Below, piece by piece: positions 1 to 9,100 of a stretch of 12,047 nucleotides of DNA. The DNA is from a bacterium (GTDB lineage: Bacteria > Zhuqueibacterota > Zhuqueibacteria > Oceanimicrobiales > Oceanimicrobiaceae). The stretch lies in assembly GCA_046757525.1 (NCBI GenBank), contig JBHHYI010000126.1, positions 1-12,047 on the forward strand, in the 5' to 3' direction. The position numbers and the translations under genes were made by a program. The number at the start of each line of letters is the position of its first letter. The first letter of the stretch is position 1. The notes below the pieces were generated by a model. The model saw only the letters and a program-made list of their open reading frames with translations. It did no database searches and was not told the origin of the DNA.

Positions 1-52
1 GGTGGGATTGTTGATTTCGCTTATCAGCGCGGCCATCCTGAAGAAGAGATGA
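1..52 (+). CDS. 3' end of an upstream membrane protein, probably DUF4199 family (partial)
   Basis: Frame from base 2 reads VGLLISLISAAILKKR then TGA (50-52): a hydrophobic helix with a basic tail, resembling DUF4199 C-termini. Only 16 codons are visible. Confidence 0.45.
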   Translation, partial: VGLLISLISAAILKKR

Positions 53-147
53 AAGGAGATCTCTCACATGTCACAAGACAACCTCGCACAATCTCGAAAG
101 CCCGGCGGCCCGCATCATTTCCTGCAACGGCTCATCAGCAAGGGCTA

Positions 148-531
148 ATGACTCTGATAATGAAATCATTGGCTCTTGGCTTCATTGTGGGCGCGGTGTT
201 ATTGGGTGTCGCTCCTCTCGGATTGGCTATCGCTTTTGTGGAATTTATCAAGCCAATCCTTGCGCCTGGCATCGGTATTTTACAACTGCTATCACAAAAC
301 ATACTGGGTTCTTCGTTCTGGATATTCGGGCTCCTTCTAAACGGATTGGTTTATGCGCTTCTTATTTTCGGTATTTTGTTCATTCGAAGCTATGCAAAAA
401 GTAAGAAAGCAAAGCTCGCAATGACTTCGTTGGTGATTCTGGCATTTCTCGCACTCACCGGCATGCTCAATGATTTGTATTTCCTTCTAAGCTCGCCAAA
501 CAAATCCTGGATTTTTCGGATTGGCGCTTAA
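148..531 (+). CDS. Hypothetical integral membrane protein (about 3-4 TM helices)
   Basis: ORF 49..531. Hydrophobic segments (LALGFIVGAVLLGVAPLGLAIAFV, FWIFGLLLNGLVYALLIFGILFI, MTSLVILAFLALTGML) begin only after ATG 148/160, so the start is probably one of those. Start uncertain. Confidence 0.6.
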   Translation: MTLIMKSLALGFIVGAVLLGVAPLGLAIAFVEFIKPILAPGIGILQLLSQNILGSSFWIFGLLLNGLVYALLIFGILFIRSYAKSKKAKLAMTSLVILAFLALTGMLNDLYFLLSSPNKSWIFRIGA

Positions 532-740
532 CGGATTCACATTAGAGGCAGTAAATCATGATTCTTTGAAAATGAAGGCGTCACGGCCTAATAGTCTGTG
601 CCTTGCTACTAAAAAGGGGATCAAATATATCGTATATGATCAATTAGCTCGTTGGAGTTAATTCTGCAACATATTAGAAGCAAATTAATATAGACTTCTG
701 CAAAACAACTCAAATTGCCATTTAAAGAAGGAAAATCGTC

Positions 741-1844
741 ATGATTATGCGATTGAATGTTGTCGTGTGGTTTGCAGTTTTACTGAGTGTGACGCATTTA
801 CCTGCATCAGATAACAATGAAGAACCGTTTCAGTTGCAGTGCAGCGATGGCTTTGTCCTGGATGGGAAGATAGCTCTTCCCGCGGATACGGGTCTCGATG
901 GGGTCAAAAAGGTCGTCATCCTGATTCACGGTTCAGGCGCTCAATCGATGGATGCAGACCTTTCGTTCGTCACCAAAGGTGGAAAGAAGAACCTGTTTTT
1001 TAAAGAAGTCAGCGAAACGTTGTCCCAAGCCGGTTTTGCCGTGGTTCGCTACAACAAACGCTCGTACCAGACCGGCTTGAAGAAAAAAGAAGATCCCGCC
1101 TTTCTAAACAGCAAACTCTTTCAGGAATATGCTGAAAATCCACTTAAATTCTTCGTCGATGACGCCAAAGACTGTGTTAAATTTTGCCAGGAGCGATTTC
1201 CCGGAGCAGAAATCTTTCTGTTAGGGCACAGCCAGGGGACCTACGTGGCGCTGCAGGTCGCGCATCAGATGCCTGAGATCAAAGGGGTGGCGCTCATCGG
1301 CTTTGCCGTGTCCGCATCCGATGTTCTGGTGTTCGAGCAGACCGTCTACCGGCCACTTCATTGGTTTGACAAGCTGGACACAGACAACAACGATGAGCTC
1401 GATGCGAAAGAGCTGGAGGTGCAGGACGCTATTGCAGCATCGCTGCGCGGCCAGATGGCTGTGCTGGACCTCGACTCCGACCAGAATATTTCTCGCACGG
1501 AATTTAAAGCCGGAAACTTCTCCAATCTGATTGCGCACGACCTGACCGCACCCTTGCGTAAACAGGAGGCGCTCTACCCCACGGTGCCGGAGATTCTAAA
1601 ATCCGCGTCATTCAAGGTCGCCTTTTTTCAAGGCATGCTGGACAACCAGACGCCGGCCTACCATGCCAAGGCGGTGGAATTGATCGCCAGGCACGTTTGG
1701 AAGAAGCAAAACTTCAGCTTCACTTACTTCCCCGGACTCGGTCATGTGCTGGACCACCGTTCCGGCTATTACGATCTGCAGTTCGAGACGATTACACCGC
1801 AGGCGAAGGAAAAACTGGCGGCGGCACTCGCAGAATTCTTTTAG
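741..1844 (+). CDS. Secreted alpha/beta hydrolase (serine esterase/peptidase-like) with an EF-hand pair
   Basis: N-terminal signal-peptide-like segment; oxyanion HGSG; nucleophile elbow GHSQG (1224-1238); probable Asp in LDNQT and His in LGHVL; SD-like GAAGGA upstream; EF-loop-like DTDNNDELDAKE and DLDSDQNISRTE. Confidence 0.9.
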   Translation: MIMRLNVVVWFAVLLSVTHLPASDNNEEPFQLQCSDGFVLDGKIALPADTGLDGVKKVVILIHGSGAQSMDADLSFVTKGGKKNLFFKEVSETLSQAGFAVVRYNKRSYQTGLKKKEDPAFLNSKLFQEYAENPLKFFVDDAKDCVKFCQERFPGAEIFLLGHSQGTYVALQVAHQMPEIKGVALIGFAVSASDVLVFEQTVYRPLHWFDKLDTDNNDELDAKELEVQDAIAASLRGQMAVLDLDSDQNISRTEFKAGNFSNLIAHDLTAPLRKQEALYPTVPEILKSASFKVAFFQGMLDNQTPAYHAKAVELIARHVWKKQNFSFTYFPGLGHVLDHRSGYYDLQFETITPQAKEKLAAALAEFF

Positions 1845-1909
1845 CTGAAGAGAGTCTCTAATCCGGGTAAAGCTGAAACCAAACAGAAAAAAGCATCCCC
1901 GTAAGGATA

Positions 1910-2404
1910 GTGCCGATGAATGAAAATTTACGCAGTATGCTTCTCGGACCCTCCCCGCTGTACGCAGTCGCGGCAGTTGCTTTGATTCTTACGCTTTTCC
2001 GCCCAGCGGCGAAGCCAGATCCGACGGTGTGCAACCGATTCGTTCACCTGTTCTTGTTGGGCATTGCTTGTCAGTGCCTCCATTTTGTAGAGGAGTTTCT
2101 CACCGGGTTTCATATTCGTCTGCCGTCGTTCCTGGGTTTGGCTCCCTGGCCTGGTGAGTTTTTTGTCACTTTCAACCTTGCCTGGATTGCCCTCTGGACA
2201 GTGTCCGCTGTCGGCATCCACAAGCACTTTCAACCCGCGTATTTTCCGGTGTGGTTTTTCAGCTTGAGCATGATTGCAAATGCCATTTTTCATCCTCTGC
2301 TTGCGATCGCCACAAGCGGCTACTTTCCGGGGCTTGTTACATCTCCAATCGTGGGGATAATTGGCATTGTCCTGACGTCGAGGTTGTGGGAACTAACCAA
2401 GTAG
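1910..2404 (+). CDS. HXXEE domain membrane protein
   Basis: HFVEE motif, later NAIFH and YFPGLVTS, and several TM segments match the HXXEE family pattern. AAGGA at 1903-1907; start is GTG 1910 or ATG 1916. Confidence 0.85.
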   Translation: MPMNENLRSMLLGPSPLYAVAAVALILTLFRPAAKPDPTVCNRFVHLFLLGIACQCLHFVEEFLTGFHIRLPSFLGLAPWPGEFFVTFNLAWIALWTVSAVGIHKHFQPAYFPVWFFSLSMIANAIFHPLLAIATSGYFPGLVTSPIVGIIGIVLTSRLWELTK

Positions 2405-2426
2405 GAACGCCAAGATTTCAGAAACC

Positions 2427-3308
2427 ATGGACTTTCAATGGATCAACAGAGAAGCTTACCCCTTCCAATCGAACTTTCTCGATCTCAGCATGGGTAAGAT
2501 GCACTATGTGGACGAGGGGCAGGGCGAACCCATCGTCATGCTGCATGGCAACCCCACCTGGTCTTTTCTGTACCGACATCTCATCAAAGGTTTGTCGCAG
2601 AATTATCGCTGCGTAGCTCCGGATTACATCGGCTTTGGCTTGTCTGACAAACCGGAGACCTGGTCTTACCTGCCGGAGGACCATGCCGAGAATTTCAAGG
2701 CTCTGATCGAAGAACTGGATTTAAAAGAGATCACCCTGGTAGTGCAGGATTGGGGTGGGCCCATCGGTTTGTCGTACGCGGTCGGAAAACCGAAGAACGT
2801 CAAACGGCTCATCATCATGAACACCTGGATGTGGTCGGTCAAAGGCGATCCGCACTTTGCAAGATTCAGCGGCTTGATAGGAGGTTCTGTTGGGCACTTT
2901 CTGATCAGACGCTTTAACTTCTTCGCGCGCGTGGTCATGAAACAGGCATTTGCGGACAAATCCCGACTCCCCAAATCGGCACACGAACACTACCTCAGAC
3001 CACTAAAGCATCCCAATGACAGGAAAGGCTGCGCGGTGTTTCCGAGACAGATCATAGGTTCGAGCGATTGGCTGGACAGCCTCTGGTCGCAGCGCGACAA
3101 GCTCAAGAACAAACCAACGCAGATCCTGTGGGGGATGAAAGACATCGCGTTCCGGGCGAAAGAATTGCAAACCTGGCGGGGACTGTTCGAGAACTGTAAA
3201 GTCATCGAACTCGCACACGTGGGGCACTACGTCCAGGAGGAAATGGGAAGCGCGTTGTCCCCCCTCATCGCCGATTTTCTCAAGAGAAAACCCGGCAAAA
3301 ACAATTGA
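2427..3308 (+). CDS. Haloalkane dehalogenase-like alpha/beta hydrolase (HLD-III / OleB-like)
   Basis: MHYVDEG, HGNPTWSFLYR, APDYIGFGLSDKP, QDWGGPIG (Asp nucleophile plus Trp), WGMKD (acid) and GHYVQE (base) give the Asp-His-Asp + Asn-Trp pentad. Confidence 0.9.
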   Translation: MDFQWINREAYPFQSNFLDLSMGKMHYVDEGQGEPIVMLHGNPTWSFLYRHLIKGLSQNYRCVAPDYIGFGLSDKPETWSYLPEDHAENFKALIEELDLKEITLVVQDWGGPIGLSYAVGKPKNVKRLIIMNTWMWSVKGDPHFARFSGLIGGSVGHFLIRRFNFFARVVMKQAFADKSRLPKSAHEHYLRPLKHPNDRKGCAVFPRQIIGSSDWLDSLWSQRDKLKNKPTQILWGMKDIAFRAKELQTWRGLFENCKVIELAHVGHYVQEEMGSALSPLIADFLKRKPGKNN

Positions 3309-3397
3309 GTTAGATCGCTGTCCACCTCCCTATGTTCCGAACCATTGGCCAGGCAAATCAGATTGACGCAAACAAGAACTTCGTCATTATCGTTGCA

Positions 3398-3462
3398 AAC
3401 CCTGACAGGGTTCCATTGACAATTGCAGCTATCGTTTTGCCGTCAAAAACCCTGTCAGGGTT
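3398..3462. repeat. Inverted pair of 15-bp palindromes (REP-like doublet) between convergent genes
   Basis: AACCCTGACAGGGTT (3398-3412) and its exact reverse complement AACCCTGTCAGGGTT (3448-3462); each copy is itself palindromic. Confidence 0.75.
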
Positions 3463-3529
3463 GATGTAAACGGTGATCTGCCCCCCTGGACCGTTGCAGG
3501 CCATTTACCCTAACCGCTGCTTTGGCGGA

Positions 3530-5311
3530 TCATCCCTCCAGCCCAAATCCCACTAAAATGGAACCGCCGGAGGTGTCCTTCCTGGATGCACCCGACGGCT
3601 TATCTGCCTTGAGGTTCGCAGGATTTGCGGCACGTTCTCCCAGGTTTTGCCCGTTTTGTGCTGTTACACCCAACTCAGAGTTACCACGAACGCCCTCAGC
3701 CCCATGCTCCCCCTGGTGTGAATCCAAAGTTTGCCCTCGATGGTCAAGCTGATTTCCTTCAAATGACTTGCGGGTTGCTGGTGTTTTCAGTACGTCATCG
3801 AAAATTCTGAATTCAACATCCCCGGTTTCCTGGTCCCGCATTCTGATGCGATCTGTGGGATCGTTGCTCTCTTGTGTGGCATTGGTTTGCTGGGATTGAC
3901 GCTCTTTTTCGATGTATTGCAGATCCAAGGCGGCTTCGGTGTCTAGGGTCAACCGGGGTTGCGGCGGCACTGGTTGCTGGCTTATTTCATGGTGATCGTT
4001 TATCAAGGAATCGTCTTCGATGATTTCCACATCGATTTCAGGTTCCCTGGCTTTTACTGAGATGTTCTTAGCGGCAAAATCAAACCCTTTGGCTATTCCG
4101 GTAAAGATAGCGCCGGTCAATTTGCGCAATTGCCTGGCAAAGAGAGCCAAAATGTTGCGATCGCAAAAGCCGACATCGCCCTCTTCCATGGGACCGTGGT
4201 CGGACATGCTCAGCAACTGAATCGCCGCATGATTCTCCGCAACTTTGATCACCTTGACTTTCCCCACGTAGTTGACCCGTCGGCCCACCTTGCGATAAAA
4301 CTTGACCACATCGTCCAACTTGATTCCATCGTCCGAACCCTGGTCGATGACGCCATACTCGCCTGCAATCTTCCGCAATTGCGACGGAAAGAGCAAACGG
4401 TTGCTGTAGCCGTAGCCGGCCAATCCTTTGGCCTTCAAAACCACCAGCAGCATCAGGGCTAAGAGACTGGCGACAAACAGAATCAACAACTGGTACCGCA
4501 AGATCTTAATCTGGTTTTTCTCTGCCGAAATCCTTGTTGCGCTGGCGGCTTTTGCCTGTGGTAACTTTTTGAGAACGGTGCGGTGGTATTCAGAAGTCTT
4601 GGCGCTGGACCTCTTGTGGGTGCTCTTCGGAACTGTTTGGGCGCGGACAAAATTCGGCTTTGAAGTACGCGCCGGGGTCCTCTTACGGCTAATGATCACC
4701 AGACCAGGCTTCGTTGCGCCCTTCGACTTTCGCGGCCCGACCGTTTTGTGGTCGTCCTTGTTTGAATGCAGCGCCCGGTCCAGCGTGCTCCTGGTTGGGG
4801 ACGGCGCCCGGGATTCCTGCTGCAATTCCTCCTCCTGCTCGAGTTTGTCTAACAATTCTTCCAAATTTTGCTTTTCATCCTTTTGGGTCAACGCCTGGTC
4901 CTTTCCGGATGGCTTTGGCCCAATAGTCGTAGGCCCTGGAGCTACTTTGCTCGTAGCATCTGGCTGCGCAGACGGTGAATTCGTGCTTTTCCGCACCTGG
5001 ACTCGCTGGCCATCGGTATCCTCCAGGTAGTCGATTTCGGAAAAAGCATACTTTTCTTCACTCGAGTACAGAGGCCCTTTCTTGACTTTTAGCACCACGT
5101 AGTCTGGCCCTACTTCCCACAAGGTGCCATACTTGCCGCCACCCACTTTCAGAAATAGGGTACATTTCTCGCCGATTAAATCGTGCAGCGAAGGGGAGTC
5201 ATCGGTGACAGTGATCGGTGTCAGGCAACGGGCAGCCGCCAGGGTATGCAGACCGAAGCAGAATCCACAACCTAACGATAGCAGCAAGCTAAGAGTGACT
5301 TTCTTAATCAT
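3530..5311 (-). CDS. Hypothetical single-pass membrane protein: signal peptide, Sm-like domain, disordered linker, TM helix, FlgT-C-like small beta domain, acidic tail
   Basis: Long ORF 3530..5362. ATG 5311 (MIKKVTLSLLLSLGCG..., 593 aa) follows SD-like CAGGTG. TM helix YQLLILFVASLLALMLLVVL at about 4436-4495. Domain names are by-eye resemblance only. Confidence 0.8.
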   Translation of the reverse strand: MIKKVTLSLLLSLGCGFCFGLHTLAAARCLTPITVTDDSPSLHDLIGEKCTLFLKVGGGKYGTLWEVGPDYVVLKVKKGPLYSSEEKYAFSEIDYLEDTDGQRVQVRKSTNSPSAQPDATSKVAPGPTTIGPKPSGKDQALTQKDEKQNLEELLDKLEQEEELQQESRAPSPTRSTLDRALHSNKDDHKTVGPRKSKGATKPGLVIISRKRTPARTSKPNFVRAQTVPKSTHKRSSAKTSEYHRTVLKKLPQAKAASATRISAEKNQIKILRYQLLILFVASLLALMLLVVLKAKGLAGYGYSNRLLFPSQLRKIAGEYGVIDQGSDDGIKLDDVVKFYRKVGRRVNYVGKVKVIKVAENHAAIQLLSMSDHGPMEEGDVGFCDRNILALFARQLRKLTGAIFTGIAKGFDFAAKNISVKAREPEIDVEIIEDDSLINDHHEISQQPVPPQPRLTLDTEAALDLQYIEKERQSQQTNATQESNDPTDRIRMRDQETGDVEFRIFDDVLKTPATRKSFEGNQLDHRGQTLDSHQGEHGAEGVRGNSELGVTAQNGQNLGERAANPANLKADKPSGASRKDTSGGSILVGFGLEG

Positions 5312-5395
5312 GATTGTACACCTGGTATTTTCGAAATAATAGATTGATTTAACCAGCACCAAACCGAGTGAGACACATTGCTAAACTTTATTTCT

Positions 5396-5423
5396 TTTTC
5401 GACAAATATTTCGCAAATCTTTA
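5396..5423 (-). promoter_or_regulatory. Possible sigma28 (FliA)-type promoter
   Basis: Minus strand reads TAAA-N16-GTCGAAAA versus the consensus TAAA-N15-GCCGATAA, about 85 nt upstream of ATG 5311. Confidence 0.3.
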
Positions 5424-5556
5424 AGCTATGGCAGGGATAAAACGCAGGATTGGTGCAGGAGGCCAGATTAGCCCGAACTTGACTGTCCATCGCACGCGGA
5501 AACTGAACAAGCATTCTTTTCCTCAAAATTTCTAAAACGGGCGGGAAGCCTGCCGG

Positions 5557-5656
5557 CTTAGGATTGCGTACAAGATCATGGTAGAGATGGACAACAACCC
5601 ACGGCGTTCTTGAAATGAGAGGGCGCTTGCCTGCCTCTCCGTACTACAAACCTAAG
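5557..5656. repeat. About 100-bp element bounded by imperfect inverted repeats
   Basis: CTTAGGATTGCGTAC (5557-5571) pairs with GTACTACAAACCTAAG (5641-5656); internal hairpin GAGAGGGC/GCCTCTC (5617-5639). Confidence 0.4.
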
Positions 5657-5711
5657 GCATTGTGTTTTTTTAGCAAAGTTCGATTTTGTTTTTTGAATAA
5701 TTCCTAACCTG

Positions 5712-6051
5712 GATAAAGCCGAAATCCAAAAAGACAAAATAATTCTTTTAATGATTTTGTCGTCAATTATTTTGTCTGATCAATTTCTGTGTTTATTTGA
5801 TAAAGATTTTTTCAGTGCCTCAGGTGAACTAAGAAATATTTCCACCGGACGGCGCTGAAGTCAACGAAACTAAGCCCCTCATTTCCTGAATATGATGACG
5901 TATTATATCATTTTCATTTCTTGGCAATTCTTTTTTTAGATGGGATAACAGGATAAACAAGATTTAAGACATCCTGTTCATCCTGTCGAAATTCTTTTGT
6001 CAGCGCAATTGTGGAAGGATGAACTTAGTCGAATTGGGTTACGGCTTTGTC
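5712..6051. repeat. About 340-bp non-coding composite element: imperfect terminal inverted repeats enclosing three hairpins (MITE-like)
   Basis: GATAAAGCCGAAATCCAA (5712-5729) versus TTGGGTTACGGCTTTGTC (6034-6051): 15/18 Watson-Crick plus 2 G-T pairs. Internal stems at 5732-5777, 5811-5859 and 5948-5986. Confidence 0.55.
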
Positions 6052-6107
6052 ACGCCGTGTAACTCCGCGGCAATTTCTTTGTAGGTTGAGCAAATTGGCG
6101 CCTCAAG

Positions 6108-9100
6108 TTAAAACGCTTGTTCAAACCCAAAGACCCAGCGAAATCGCAGGTTGTTTTCATCCGGCAGAGAATCGCTGACCCAAACGGGAAAGTCCAAACG
6201 CAGGGTGAGGTTCCGTCCTCCGGCAAAGATCGTGTACCAATTATCTGGCAAGAACCTGTGGAATCGCAGGCCAATCCCAGCGTCGCTGAACGTCTCATTG
6301 CTGGCATCGAGAAACTCCATGTTGGCCACATCAACAAATGCCACCAGCGAAGTTGTCCCTAACAGTCCATTCAGCCGCTTGCCAGGCGCAGGAAGTTTCA
6401 CGTTGTGGCGCAGTTCAATATTGAGGGCAAAGATTTGATCTCCGAACACCGGATTGTTGAAGTAGCCGCGCAGATTACCCCCTCCCGGCAGATGGTAGTG
6501 CAGCTCTTCCGGAATGCTGCCATTGCTGCGCAAATAGAACCGCTTGAACCGTTCCCTCGGATTGGCCCCGTCGAGAAAGAGCAAGTCCTGCACCGGCGCA
6601 TCTTCGGCATCGATGACCTTGCCGGCGTACAATCTCAAAAACAGGCCTCGATCATGGCGGGGCAGCCAGAACTTGACTTCTGAGAAGGCGTACGAAAACG
6701 TAAAATCGCTTCTCCAGGTTTCCCGCGAGGTTTCCAAACCCAAATTGAAATTCGAAAACCAATGCAGGCCACGCGGATTGACCTGGTAGCGAAAGTAGAG
6801 TTTGTTGACGTCGCCCTTCTCCCAGGTTTGCAACTCGAAGTCATTTTTTTGATCGAATTCTAACAAGGTGTATTTCTCGTCAAGTAGTCTTGAAGCATTG
6901 AAGCCGATGACAATTCGATGCTGCGGCGGCTGGGACAAATAGCGAGATTTTACAATTGACAAATGGGCATCTGCTTCGAGTCTACCCTCCATTTTTTGCA
7001 CCAGTAGGGAACCCACCGTTCCAGCACCTAACGGTTTCACATGGTTAGAGTATTTGAATCGGACATCCAGTTCTCCTGAGTTGAGGCCCAGCCAGCTCCC
7101 TAATTCCACGTTCCTGCTGTTATAATAGCGCCCTTTAATCCTGCCCCCCAATCTGAGCTTGTCCACTTCATTGTACCAGGCGCTTGGCCGCCAGGCAAAT
7201 AAAAAAGCATCTCTCGGGCTGTAAGTCATGTTGGGGTATTCAAAAACAAATTGCAATCTCAAGGGACCGTTGTTGATGCGCGCGTTGTCCAGGACCGCAT
7301 CCTCGGGGTCCAGCAAGACCGTCTTCGGTTTGCTGGCCGTCTCAAACTGCACGGTTCCGGCTAAATCTATGCCATCCCAGCGCGCCACAAAAGTTTGGCC
7401 ATCCTGGGTGGTTAGTTGCACATCCACCGGCATGATGCCTTTTTCGTTTCGTCGAATCTCAACCTCTGTGTGCCAGCCATCCGCTGTCTTTTTCTTCTTA
7501 ACCTTACCTAAAGCGTAGTCCACGGTTACCGTGTTGTGCAGCCATTCGTCGAAGAACCAGTCCAGGTCCTGGCCGCTCACCTCTTCGCACACGGCCTTGA
7601 ATCGCTGTTCATTGACATGCTTGAACGCCCAGCGCTTAAAATATTCATGGCATATTTTCTCAAAGGTCTCATCGCCCACCACATACTTCAACATGTCGTA
7701 AAAGAAGGCTCCCTTGGTGTAAGCATTCACCGAATAGTCAAGGGGTTCGTTGAATCGGTAGGAAAGTTTTGAAATAGGCTCATTGTGCCCCGAGTTCATG
7801 TAAAACAAAGCAAAATCTCGGTTGCTTTCCCGGCTGGTTTTTTGCGGTCGCTTCTTTTGCAGCCAATTGGCCCGTTGGGAGAATTCTTCGCGGTCGAAGC
7901 CCCATTTGCCGTAGCGGCTTTCCAAATACCAGCGAGTTTGAAAAGAAGTAAATCCTTCGTCCAACCAGGCCTCTTTCCATTCATTGTTGCCGAAGATTCC
8001 GTAAAAATAGATATGCCCCACCTCGTGCAAAATGAGACTTTCGCTCGCGGAGCTGTCCATCACCAACATGGGGTACTCCATGCCGCCGCCCAGCAGCCCG
8101 TGGGTGATGGTAAGCTGCGGGTATGGGTAGCGTCCGAATTTTGCGGACAACCACTGCAAAGCCCTGGTGCCCCGTTCGGCCGCTACTTTGCTCCACTGGT
8201 TTTTTGCGTAGGACCGGTACAAAACATGAATTGGGATGCCGTCCCACTCTGCGGATTCGTACAGGAAATCGGGACAGGCCACCCAGGCAAAATCGTGCAC
8301 CTGTTCGGCGTGAAATTTTACGGTTCTAATTTTTCCGTCTCCACCCTGTTCGCGAATATTCTTTTTGATCTCACGGTAGGCGTCGTTCCATTCCGCATGG
8401 GTCAGGGAAGCGTTCACCCGCACCAGGTTCCAACCCGGGTCGCCGGCTACCACCACACCCGTGGCGCTCACGATGTATTCATAAGGCACGTTTATGGTCA
8501 CGTCAAAGGTGCCAAACTCGCCGTAAAACTCGCCCATAAAATGAAAGGGTTCTGCGTTCCAGCCCGTCTCATCATACACGCAGACTTTTGGGTACCATTG
8601 CGCAAAATCGAATTGGTTGCCGCGGTAGCCCGCCCTGCGAACAAACTTCCTGATCTTCAGGTAGAAGGAAAGCCCAATGTGCAGGTCGCCGCCGGGTGGC
8701 AGCGGTTCGGGTAAATCGGCCTCCAGAATGGTGTCCTTCACCTTGAAAGCCGTGAGAGTTAAGGCGTCGGTTGGTTGGTCGCTGCTCAGTATGCGCAGGT
8801 TCTCCACTCTTAGATAACCACCGTCCTCTGGATTTGCGACCACTTCGCGAAAGAAACGTCTGGCGTCCCGGGCGTAAACGGATTCAGGGCCGCGATAGGC
8901 GTTGGGATAAAGGTGCATGTAGAATTTGTAAAGTGTGTCCGGCGAATTGTTGTGGTAGACGAGAGTTTCTTCACCCGTCAACGCATGCTCTTGCGGCAAG
9001 AGAGTCACGTTCATGGTGTAATGAACGTCTTGCTGCCAGTAGTCGTCTTGAGCCAGCAGCGGGATTGCCACCAGGATATTGACAAGAGAAAAAATCAGAA

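Noticed and set aside
49..147. N-terminal extension of the first ORF from ATG 49
   Set aside because: Polar, low-information sequence before the hydrophobic core; ATG 148/160 looks more plausible, though the ATGA overlap with the upstream stop means ATG 49 is not excluded.
525..680. Integron attC site after the first membrane gene (GCTTAAC over the stop codon; CTAATA/TATTAG; hairpin 642-663)
   Set aside because: No matching GTTRRRY with correctly spaced L boxes, and no similar sites after the other genes.
2427..3308. Assigning the symbol oleB or dhaA
   Set aside because: The motifs give the subfamily only; there is no ole cluster here and the substrate cannot be read from sequence.
7785..8714. 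309-aa plus-strand ORF and the other ORFs overlapping the large genes (e.g. 4428..5030, 1221..1538, 10857..11789)
   Set aside because: Shadow frames of well-supported genes, with no motifs of their own.
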